Below are positions 54,758-64,000 of a stretch of DNA of 64,000 nt, piece after piece. Position 1 is the first letter of the stretch. Each line of letters opens with the position of its first letter. Origin of the DNA: Isurus oxyrinchus (lineage: Eukaryota); contig JANJGN010000034.1 in NCBI GenBank assembly GCA_026770705.1, positions 5,518,001 through 5,582,000 on the forward strand. Reading direction: 5' to 3'. The notes beneath the pieces were generated by a model. It was not told the origin of the DNA and searched no databases. It was given only the letters and a program-made list of their open reading frames with translations. The translations under genes were made by a program, and so were the position numbers.

Positions 54758-56720
54758 GTAAGAAAACAGGGCTTTACTTCTATGATAACCAAATATTTTG
54801 AAACATTTTGTACCGTTTTTCACTGCCTGATTAAATTTAATCTTATTCAACATTTCAGAAAATATGTACTGAGCTCGGAGTTGCGCAGCGTAGAATTAGC
54901 GGAAAAGCAAAGGGTCTTAAATGCTTAACATTATGAGGATAACTTTGATAGTTTACGTTTGTACTGCTTTGAGTATGAAGGTGAAGAAATGATGTCAACA
55001 TTAGCATGAATAAATGGATTTAGGATGGAATGAAACTTGTTTCTCTTCCAGTAGAGTCCAGAAATAAAATTATTTAACTGTAAGATTAAAAATACGGAAA
55101 TCCGGAAAGGTGTGAAGATCAGGATCCATTTTTTTCATACAAGACAAAAATGAAATCTAAAACCATTGCCTCAAAACGGTGTTAAGATGCATCTGTTGTA
55201 CATGTTCTTTTTTCGAACTTATATTGGTAGAGCTTTTTTGTTCCAGAGCGTAGTCAGGCACGGAGCCACAGTGGGGAGATGGAATTAGGATAGACATTAG
55301 TCATGACTTGAGCGACTGGTGTAAAAGATTCTAGCATTTTGGAAGGCCAATTCCCTCTGGGACATTATAATTCATATTGATCTTTGGCGAAATTGCTAAG
55401 CTTACATTTAAGTCAATCAACCCAATACTTTATTGTAAGATTTGTTTTACTTGATTGGGGCATTGAAGAAGTTAATAATCCGCCTAAAAGAAATATGTTT
55501 CTTGAATGTGCAGTTGAAGTATAATTTCGATAAAGACTAAAAATAATCGTGGCCACAATGGTTTTGTCTACCCCCCAGTGAGATTAATTTTCGACACAGA
55601 CAGAATTGATCGGTGATTTAACCAATGCGTTGACATTATCAACCCACCATCAAATAAAAGCTGTGAGCTTTTCAGAGACCACTTCGTGAAAATATGGTAG
55701 TAGATACCACTCTTTCCATATTTGCAGCTTTCGTGAATAACTTTTGCTTTCATCTTTGTTGCACTACTGCTGAACCATTGAGCTGAAATTATTGCAATTC
55801 TATTTCATAAGTATTCAAACAATGACGAAAGGCATGTGGTCAACAATCATGCTAATAAACCTATTTTGGGTGTTGGTGTTAAGTAAGAAGCAGATTAAAG
55901 ACCAAATATATTTTTCATCCCCCACCGTGACAATGTCCAACCATTATTTGTCGTTTACATACTGCAACACAGGTAAATTCAATTCCCATCTCAGCCTCGA
56001 GTTTAGGTGTTCAGATTGAACATATCACTGCTTCCCACAGTTTGGTGTGAATAATACGGAAATGGATGCAGGTCACACTCTAGACGGGTCAGCGCAATAT
56101 CTAAGAACTTTACTTCTGATATGGTCGGAGTGAGACCCTGCCGAGGAGGGGGAAATTCAGTTGAAACTGTAAGCCAACCAACGCTCCATTTTCTGTTGTA
56201 TCAGGAGAACTCGTAGTACCACGATTCTACAGAAGAAGGCAGAACAGTGCAGTTCACTCCGGATTCGGAAACAATATTTAAACATAATGTAACATCATTG
56301 AAACAGACTTTTCCTTCGTCAGTGAATTGTTGTGTATGGATTATTCGTGTTCAAAAATTAACTGCCGCGGCACTTCCTACAACAAAACTGTGTTTTCACC
56401 TCAAAACTAAATCATGCATTGTAAAATAAAGTTGGACACACAATTTAGTGAAAGCTACAATATAACCTGAGGCGTTCAGTTTCACCTGTTACTAATTACC
56501 TCATTACACAGTGAAGGCGTTTCCAGTCTCAGCACGCATATTTTCATCCAATCGTTCCACGAGCTGTTTTCCGGACAAAGGCATATTTTGAAAGGCTCAT
56601 GCTATGTAAAATTTTAAGCATAGAAATTTAAAAGATAGAATACACGTTGTGGCCAAAGACGATGTATACAGGGCGTATTAGATTTGTTCTAAGAATTCTG
56701 CTTTTGATTTCGGTTTTCAG

Positions 56721-56756
56721 AATTGGAAAAACTGAAAAGGAAGCTGAACAATACAG
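56721..56756 (+). CDS. Micro-exon D6 (36 nt) ELEKLKRKLNNT
   Basis: ttcggttttcag|aattggaaa...aatacag|gtgaag. Confidence 0.88.
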
Positions 56757-58804
56757 GTGAAGAAAGATAATGCCCGATGGCATTTTAGGATATATGGCAT
56801 TGGTGACTGAGTGGTGCAGTGGTGTTGTCGCTGACTTTGAATACAATTGCAATGGCTGGAACTGCCCAAGGTGTCATCAATGTTGACATCGAACTGGAAA
56901 TCATGAAGTCTCAAGGCATCAGTTCAAACATGGGCAGGAGAATTTCCTGTGCATTATCACGTACCACCAAACCAGAGCTGATGATTCAGTGTTCCTCCAT
57001 TTTGAACATCTTTTGCAGGGCATGCTGTCGTCTGGTAGAGCGCAGAATGCAATTTGTGTGGGTGACATTGATTTTTATCAGAAAGAGTGGTTCGGTATCA
57101 CTGGACAAGTACTAAAGGGCACTGATGATAGACGGAGCCTCCAGCAACTGATCATGGAAGCAACAGAAGGGAAAAACATACTTTCCATCATCCTCACAAG
57201 CCTGTCTGTCTATCAGGCTCTCACTAGCAGTGACCCCCGCAGAGTTCTTGTGGAGACCATGCACTGTCCACACATTAACATTACACTCCATCGTGTTGTG
57301 TGGAACCACCGCCATGGCAAATGAAATAGATTTCAGATAGATTGAGAAGCTCGAGGCTGGCCAAAGAGAGGGCAGTGTAAGATATCATCAGCAGCAGAAA
57401 TGCACCCAATCTCAATCTGTGACCTCATGATTAGAATATCCCCTACTGTACCTTTACGATCAAACCAAGAGATCAACACTGGTTGAATGAAAATTGCAGA
57501 AGGGTAAGCGAGGGGCAGCACCAGACAAATGAGGTGTCAATCTGGTAAAGCTACAAAAATGACCTCTTGCGTGCCAAGCGGCATTCGGAGCACCTTAAAG
57601 ACAGACCTAAGCGATTCCAAGACCAACGGATCATATCTAAGTTCTGTGGCCCTGACACATCTAGCCGTGACTATTTGGGGTGAACTAAGCAGTCATTTGT
57701 GGAATAGGTTGCACAAATATTCCTATCCTCAAAGATGGAGTAGCCGGGCAAATCAATGGACCAGATACGGCTGAATTACTTGCTACAAACTTCAACCAGA
57801 AATGCTGAGTTGATTATCCATCTCAGCCTCCATCTAATGTCCCTTGCATAACAAATGCCTGTCCCAGCCAAATCGATTTACTTCACGTGATACCAAGAAA
57901 CGGCTGAAGGCACTGGACAGTGCAAATTCAGTGGGCTCTGCTGATATTCCGGCAATGACACTAACATTTTTCTGTTAAGAGCTTGCCGTGCCTCTCAAGA
58001 AGCTGTTCCATGACGGCTACAGCATTGGCATGAAGTCGACAACGTGAAAAATTGCCCAAGTGTGTCCTGTACATAAAAGAAAAACAGGAAATCCAACACG
58101 GCGAATCACCACACAATTAGTTTATTTCCATTCTACAGCAAACTGATGGAAGGCGCTATCAACAGTGTTATTAAACGGGAACTTGCTTGGGTTCCGAGGG
58201 TTACCCTCAGCTATTAAACACATTGTAGCCTTGGTTCAAATATACTACAATATCTGAGCTCCCGAGGTAAGATTGATTGCCGTGGGATGGAAGGCCACAT
58301 TTGAACGATTGTGGCATTATAAAGCCCTAGCAAAATTGGAGTCAATGAGAATTGGGGAAAAAACTCCCCTCTGGTTAGAGTCATAGCTATCAGAAAGAAA
58401 AATGTTTATGCTTGTTGGAAGTTCTTCATATCAGCTCCAGGACATCACTGCAGGAGTTCCTCAGGGTAGTGTCCTCGGCCCAAATACCTTTAGCTGCTTC
58501 ATTAATAAAGTTCCTTCCATCATAACGTCAGAAGTGGTGGGTGTTCCCTGATGATTGCGCAATGTCCAGCACCATCTCGATTCCTCAGATACTGAAGCTG
58601 ACCATGTAAAAATGCAGCATGTCCTGGAAACATACATGCTTGGGCTGAAAGCAAGTGAAACATTTGTTCAACAGAGGTCTCAAGCAAAGACCATCTCCAA
58701 TAAGAGGAAATATAATCTTGATATTCAATGGCATTAATATATCTGATTCCAAACAACCAATATCCTGGTCGTCAGCATTGAACAGAAACTGAACAAGATT
58801 AAAT

Positions 58805-58843
58805 AGTTCTGTCGAAGGGTCATGAGGACTCGAAACGTCAACT
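58805..58843 (+). ncRNA. Minimal type I hammerhead-ribozyme-like motif in PLE end (variant core)
   Basis: AGTT-CTGTCGA-A-GGGTC-ATGAG-GACTC-GAAA-CGTC-AACT: stem I AGTT/AACT, stem II GGGTC/GACTC, loopless stem III; core position A6 is U. Confidence 0.6.
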
Positions 58844-58939
58844 CTTTTCTTCTCCGCCGATGCTGCCAGACCTGCTGAGTTTTTCCAGGTAATTCTGATT
58901 TTGTTTTGGATTTCCAGCATCCGCAGTTTTCTTTGTTTT
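58806..58939 (+). mobile_element. Young short Penelope-like terminal insertion with 12-bp target-site duplication
   Basis: caagattaaata at 58794-58805 and 58940-58951 flanks a 134-bp block nearly identical to the arms at 17167-17447. Confidence 0.9.
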
Positions 58940-60189
58940 CAAGATTAAATATAGTCTGGAACAGACACAAATGAAAACAGGTGACTAGAAGAGCAGATCA
59001 GAGGCTCGGAATCCTGCACTGAGTTACTCACCACCTGACTCCCTAATCCCTGCCGATAATCCATAAAGCACAAGTCAGAAGTGTGATGAAATACTCCCCG
59101 CGTGCCGCAATGGGTGCAGCTCCAATTCAAGATGATTGACACTATCCATGAAAAAGTAGACCACTTAATTGCCACCCCAGCCACAAATATTCACTCCCTC
59201 CACCACCAACGCACAATGCCCTTGGTGTGTGCTATCTGCACGGTACACTGAATAAATTCATCACGTCTCCTTATAAAGCATCTTCCAAATAGAATACCAC
59301 TAAAATCTGGCAGGACAACATCAGCATATAGATGGCTACACCCCTGCTGAAGCTTCTGAACCAAGCCACTCGCCATCCTGACTTCTAAATTTGTTGTTGT
59401 TCTTTCACTATCTTTGGTACAAGATCCTAGAATTCCCTCTTCAACAGCAGTGTGGGTGTAACAACGCTAAATGGACGGCAGTGATTCAAGAATGCAGCTG
59501 ATCGTCACTTTCTCAATGGCAATTACAGAGGGGCAATTAATTAATTATTTTGCCTATCCAGCGAAACCCACATCACTTGAATGCATAAATTAAAAAAAAA
59601 CTTTTGTGTCGATATTAAATTTGTGAATTTGACCCCAGCGAATCTTTAATGCCTCTCTGTGTTTTTTTTTTATATTCGCCAGAGTGATACAAGTACTGTC
59701 AAGTTAAAAGAGAACAGATTTCATAATCGAGACTTACATATTTTTTTGAATATGGAATATGCTGCTAACTTTAGATTGAGCTTTTCCAATTGGTTTAAGT
59801 ATGACTTACGTGTAACAACGGGCAGCGGTGTCAGATCATCACCTTCACTTTGAAGTTGGACAGTTCATGATAGGTGCCAAGAAGCACTTACTTGCATTTA
59901 CAGCAGCCTAAATGTAAATTTAATTCTCCACCTTACAGCCCCCTTTCCAACCCGTCCCGCAGCTATCCCGTGCTCTACAAAATTAAAAAAATGTTGAGGA
60001 AAGTTCCCAAATTGTAAACCGTAAATTTTGCTTAGCCATTGGTGTTATTTGTGACAGAATGTTATTTTATCAGATGAGTTTTGTCGCCTGATGGATTGTT
60101 TCCAACATCAATACCTGCAAGAACGAACTGGGCCGAAAAGCCTGTTTTATTTGCTGATGTGATTTATATGCCTTTTATTTCTTATACAG

Positions 60190-60216
60190 AAGACAAGTTA
60201 CGACAGTGTGAAGAAG
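60190..60216 (+). CDS. Micro-exon A6 (27 nt) EDKLRQCEE
   Basis: atttcttatacag|aagacaagt...gaagaag|gtacca. Confidence 0.88.
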
Positions 60217-60319
60217 GTACCAAACGACAAAAAACAAAATACGTTTGCGGTTTGACTTTTAAAACTTATCATAACATTCAATTTTCTTCCGGCTGACCAA
60301 TTATAATTTTGTTTTTTAG

Positions 60320-60346
60320 AGTTGCGTAGAAAGTGCAAAACTGATG
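60320..60346 (+). CDS. Micro-exon B6 (27 nt) ELRRKCKTD
   Basis: ttttgttttttag|agttgcgta...actgatg|gtgagt; 103-nt intron from A6. Confidence 0.9.
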
Positions 60347-60649
60347 GTGAGTAACACAAATAAATAATGCTCACTTTACTGCTTTGGAATACGGAATTTA
60401 ACCAATCTGTGACAGTTATCATTTGTGCAAATATTGTACCCTTTATTTCACATTGCTGTTAAAATCAGGTCCTGATGTTGATTATAGAAATTTTGAAAGG
60501 CTGCCCTTGGAAGTGAGGGGGCGTGGTGTTTAAAACAGGGTAAGTTCATGGGCATTTTGTTTTTTTTTCACTAAACAACGTGTAGGAGAGCGCTTGAAGA
60601 GTTCAACAATCAATGTTATTACCTGATACTAACAGCAGTGTGAAATAAG

Positions 60650-61200
60650 GTGTCCACTTCCTGAATGGGTGCATGAGCAGAGGGACTTGGCAGTGAATGT
60701 AGATAGGTCATTGAAGGCCGCATGGCAGATGATAAAGCATATAGTATCCTGAGCTTCATGAATGGGGTCATAGAGCACTAGAGCAGCGAGGTTATATGGT
60801 GGGTTTTCCTAAAACGCTAGTTATAGTTCAGCAGGAGTATTGTATACAGCTCTAGGCGCCAACTATAGGAAGGATGTCAATACTTTGGAGAGAGTTTTAT
60901 GCAACAAAGGTTCCAGGAAGGAGAAGTTTATGTACTTGAAAATTGATTGAAGAGGTTGTCACTGTTCTACTTGGAGAAGAGAAGGCTAAAGGTAGGTTTA
61001 ATAGATGTGTTCAAAACTAAAAAAGGGGTGGAAAGATTAGATGTGTAGAAGCTGTTCGCCAATTTAATACAAAACGAAATTGCAGTGATTTAAAGCGATT
61101 TGTAATAGAAGTAAATGAGATGTGAGAAAGAAAAGTTGTTCATACAGTGACTAGATCGATTCTGTAATTCAGTGCCTGGATGTGTGCGGGAAAAGCTGAA
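60650..61200 (+). mobile_element. CR1-type LINE RT C-terminal fragment
   Basis: QRDLAVNVDRSLK; ctagttatagttcagcaggagtattgtatacagctctaggcgccaactataggaaggatgtc resembles LVRP.LEYCVQFWAP.YRKDV; LFYLEKRRLK. Confidence 0.85.
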
Positions 61201-61789
61201 AGAACTCGCTGTCAAAGAGTGCATTTTATGGAGCGTTGCCAAAGAAAGGCAAAATTTAGTGATGCAGTGCCCTTTGATGAGAGAGTTACAAGGATGGAAT
61301 GCCCGGTCGGCAATGCTGATGACAGAATGTTAAAGGGTGCAAAAGTGGCATGAATTGGATGTGTCCAGAGATCTTTGAGCTATTTCGGCCTGAAGGAGAT
61401 AAGACGGTGCCACTGCAGAGCCGGTGAAGGCATTTCAAAACAAACGTGAGTCTTTAAAATCATCTCCTAACTAAATCAAGAACAAACGCTACTTTCCAGA
61501 TCATGGATGCTGCGTGACCAGGAATAGTTGCGTGTTAAGATGCAGGAACTTCATTTCTTTTTTGACGAGGTTCAGTTTATCTGGCGATTTGCAATAATTG
61601 AAAATTTGCATTGCAATGAAGCAACGGCTACAGTAGGAGCCAACGAATCCGAAGCCATTTTTTTTCAGAAGGCGGAGGTAGGAGTAACGTTACAGCTCTG
61701 TGCTCAACAACTTATTTCCAAGCAAAATATAGCATCGCAGTTGCGAAAATTTGCGGCCCGCTGCAGAGTATTAAATTATAGATCCTGAG

Positions 61790-62080
61790 CTGTATTGACA
61801 AGTTCAATGTAGAGAGGTTGTCCCATCTGAAGTGAGAATCGAGCATAAGAGATTTGTTTCTTTTTCATCTCAGGGAGTAGTGAGTTTTTTTTTGAACTCA
61901 TCCTGAAAAGGCAGTGTCGGTAGAGTATTTGAATGCATTTAAGCAGAAGTGGAATGAGTATTGCTAAAGAAGGGGGTTATCGGCTGTGAGGGGTAGAAAG
62001 AATTTTATAATCAGACGAATCATCAACTTACTGAATGGCAGAGTTGCCTAAAGGGCCGGTGACCTAGTTCTGCTCCTAAT
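61790..62080 (+). mobile_element. CR1-type LINE 3' end fragment
   Basis: tgtagagaggttgtccc...ctcagggagtagtgag...tgaatggcagag...ttctgctcctaat tail. Confidence 0.6.
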
Positions 62081-63414
62081 ACGCGCATGTAAATTCGCAA
62101 GAAATGATTTTGTCACAGGGAGAAAATGGCTTCGATCTTCCCAATAATTACTGTGAATACATTTGTGACCAGCCACTTCTTAATTACTGGCAAGCAGTGA
62201 AGAGGGTGTGAGTGTTTGTGATGAGGTGAACCTGCGTTTTCTCATTTACATATGTATCCGATAGTAGCTCTGCCGTATGAAATATGCTCAGAGAAGCATG
62301 TAAATGAAAGTAAAGAGAGAGAGAGGGATATTTCAGGAAAAAAAAAGATCTGTAGAAAAATGCATTTTGAATTTTTAAAAACACTGTAACTCATGTCAGC
62401 ATAAAACATGATACATTTTTCAAAAGAACTACGAAGTGGCTGACACTTTATTTGAAATAGGAAGCTGGAAGTCAATCAGCCTAAGGGCAAAGATTGGGAA
62501 ATTATTAGAAATCCTTGTCAGGGATAGACTGAAATAACATTCAGAAAGGCATGGAGTGATCAACATAACCAGAATCGATGAGCTAAATGAAAACCCTATT
62601 TGAAGAAGTACATTGAATTGTTTGCTGGGGAAACGGAAAGATATGTTTCAAGTGGCTCAGTGTTAATTGTCAATATGTATTTTCTATGCCATCGGCGTGC
62701 AAGAAAGGAGTCGCAATACCCAAATGGTGGCACATAGAAGTATAATCGAAGCTGTGCTATGAATCACAATGAGATCAGTGATATAAGCAGAAGATGGTCG
62801 TAGCAGATGGCTGTTTAAAAACAAAACATGGACATGGCTTGTAGAAGAGGTTTGCGTCCTTCTTTTTTTCCGCTTTTGGTTGTTTAATGAAAGACATTTC
62901 CTGTATATGTTTTTAGACAATACAAAACCTGGATAGGTACGCATAATGATGAGTGATCTTACATTCTACAGGATCAAAGCAATGTGGTAGATGGAACTCT
63001 AAAGCATATGTCCGGGTCTCATTACTGCTGCTTCCGGGGAGAAGCGAGTGGTGGGAGGGGGAGGGCGGGTGATGGATGTGATTGAAATGGCAGAATATAA
63101 ACAGGTGAATTTTACAGTTAATTGAATCTGATAAGCTGACACTTTTAAGAAAATAACGAGAAATGCAACTCATAGAGCAACACATTTAAGGCCATTTCCT
63201 GAACTTCATATTTCTGGCTTCTTCGAAGTTCCAATACTTGCACACACAAGCACACACTGCAGTCAAGCAACTCACCATGGTTTCTGTCTTTCTCCCTTGA
63301 GGCCCTGAATGTGCGTAATCATGTCTGCATTAATAAACTCTTTGAAGGCTATTTTCCGAAAAGATTCAAACTCCGAAAATTATAATATATTTCACATTCT
63401 CCTCCCTGGTACAG

Positions 63415-63441
63415 AAGAAAGATTGCTGGAAAAAGATATAG
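63415..63441 (+). CDS. Micro-exon C6 (27 nt) EERLLEKDI
   Basis: ctccctggtacag|aagaaagat...gatatag|gtaaaa. Confidence 0.88.
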   Translation, partial: KKDCWKKI

Positions 63442-64000
63442 GTAAAACACTCGCAATTTAATTTGAGTTGAGGTTTGAAAGAGTTTTTTTATTTACTGAG
63501 CCGAATGAAGCCCTTTTCTAGTCAAAACGATTTTGACAAGGGTGAAATTATTATTTATTTATGTATTTGATTATGTTAATTGAGTAGATGATCTGTAAAT
63601 TTGTTTCAATGAAGTGGAAGTTCCAGACAACCTTTATTCAAAGTATTCATTGTGGGTACAAAGGATATGCAACGTAAAACCTGAACTGATCATTGGCGCA
63701 ATAAAGGCAAGCTTCAGTTCCAATCTATAATTTGTGCTTTTCCCAAAGACATATACGTCTCTTATGGCCTTCTGAAACTCATTCCTAAGACATTCCTAAG
63801 TTAATTACTTACTGATGGTTTATCTTGCCATCCAATCCCAAGTGAGGGGCAAGGAGGAATACGTCTCAAGTCTACCTCCGGCAAAACATGAATTGGTCCG
63901 TTGCTGTGGACATGATTATGATAAGTACTCCAGTCATCTAACCTCCAGAGCTATACCCTCCCACCCCCCCCACCCCCCCAGAATATATTTATTAATAAAC

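Larger units (their letters stand above)
56780..59590 (+). mobile_element. Decayed non-LTR retrotransposon ORF2 (APE endonuclease + RT + 3' UTR); clade not firmly assigned (L2/Crack/Jockey-like)
   Basis: EN remnant ICVGDIDFYQKEWFG; RT GVPQGSVLGPNTFSCFIN (about 58452-58505) and VFPDDC (about 58542-58559, degenerate FADD). Many stops and frameshifts. Interrupted at 58806-58939. Confidence 0.9.
11701..63441 (+). other. Partial multi-micro-exon gene encoding a 39-aa tandem-repeat, Cys-containing coiled-coil-like protein (23 exons, 699 nt, 233 aa in window)
   Basis: Spliced translation: DLKALKAQVNDL ENKLQKCLK ELNDLKGSQKGTCEKGQ DLELLKKIL / ELEKAKTLLNDK EIKLRNCEK ALKEKCNND / ELYRLKGVLSDT ENKLRACER ELADKCKSD DQRLLEKDL / ELEKLKSDLQNA ENKLDWCNK ALQEKCKSD DRRLLEKEL / DLQQMKSDLQDA RRKLKECQK ELRGNAKSD NRKLLEGEI / ELEKLKRKLNNT EDKLRQCEE ELRRKCKTD EERLLEKDI. 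All exons have AG..GT flanks, lengths divisible by 3, phase 1-1, the same strand and collinear order. Confidence 0.9.

Noticed and set aside
307-63185. The many 60-280 aa ORFs in the supplied track as stand-alone genes
   Set aside because: Vertebrate intron-like DNA. The ORFs are short, often start at non-ATG codons and are compositionally random or frameshifted retroelement pieces. A few merely overlap true micro-exons (for example 43475-43717 and 49384-49611).
11701-63441. Naming the gene butyrophilin/BG, TRIM, myosin or tropomyosin
   Set aside because: No Ig, TM, B30.2, RING or motor-domain exon was seen in the window, and exon sizes of 27/36 nt differ from the typical 21-nt heptad exons. 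Family assignment needs flanking sequence or a database search.
1-64000. CRISPR array, rRNA, tRNA genes or prokaryotic operons
   Set aside because: No regularly spaced direct repeats, recognisable structural RNA genes or dense coding were seen; the sequence is eukaryotic.

Overview
Eukaryotic, AT-rich, repeat-dense vertebrate DNA. The repeat content (Penelope-like elements, CR1 and other LINEs, RTE, a Gypsy relic) looks like a cartilaginous fish genome; that assignment is inference. Almost all ORFs in the supplied track are spurious or decayed retroelement fragments. The main signal, invisible to the ORF track, is a + strand gene of at least 23 micro-exons over about 52 kb (11701-63441). The exons fall into four recurring classes in fixed order, D(36 nt)-A(27 nt)-B(27 nt)-C(27 nt), repeated six times, with one B exon longer and one C exon not found. 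All have AG/GT boundaries and are phase 1-1. They splice into a stop-free 233-aa stretch: a 39-aa, Cys-containing, coiled-coil-like repeat (consensus about ELEKLKxxLxDx-ENKLxxCxK-ELxEKCKSD-DxRLLEKDL). No start or stop exon was identified, and the gene probably extends beyond the window. The introns also hold a 250-bp foldback Penelope end and Penelope ends with minimal hammerhead-ribozyme-like motifs.
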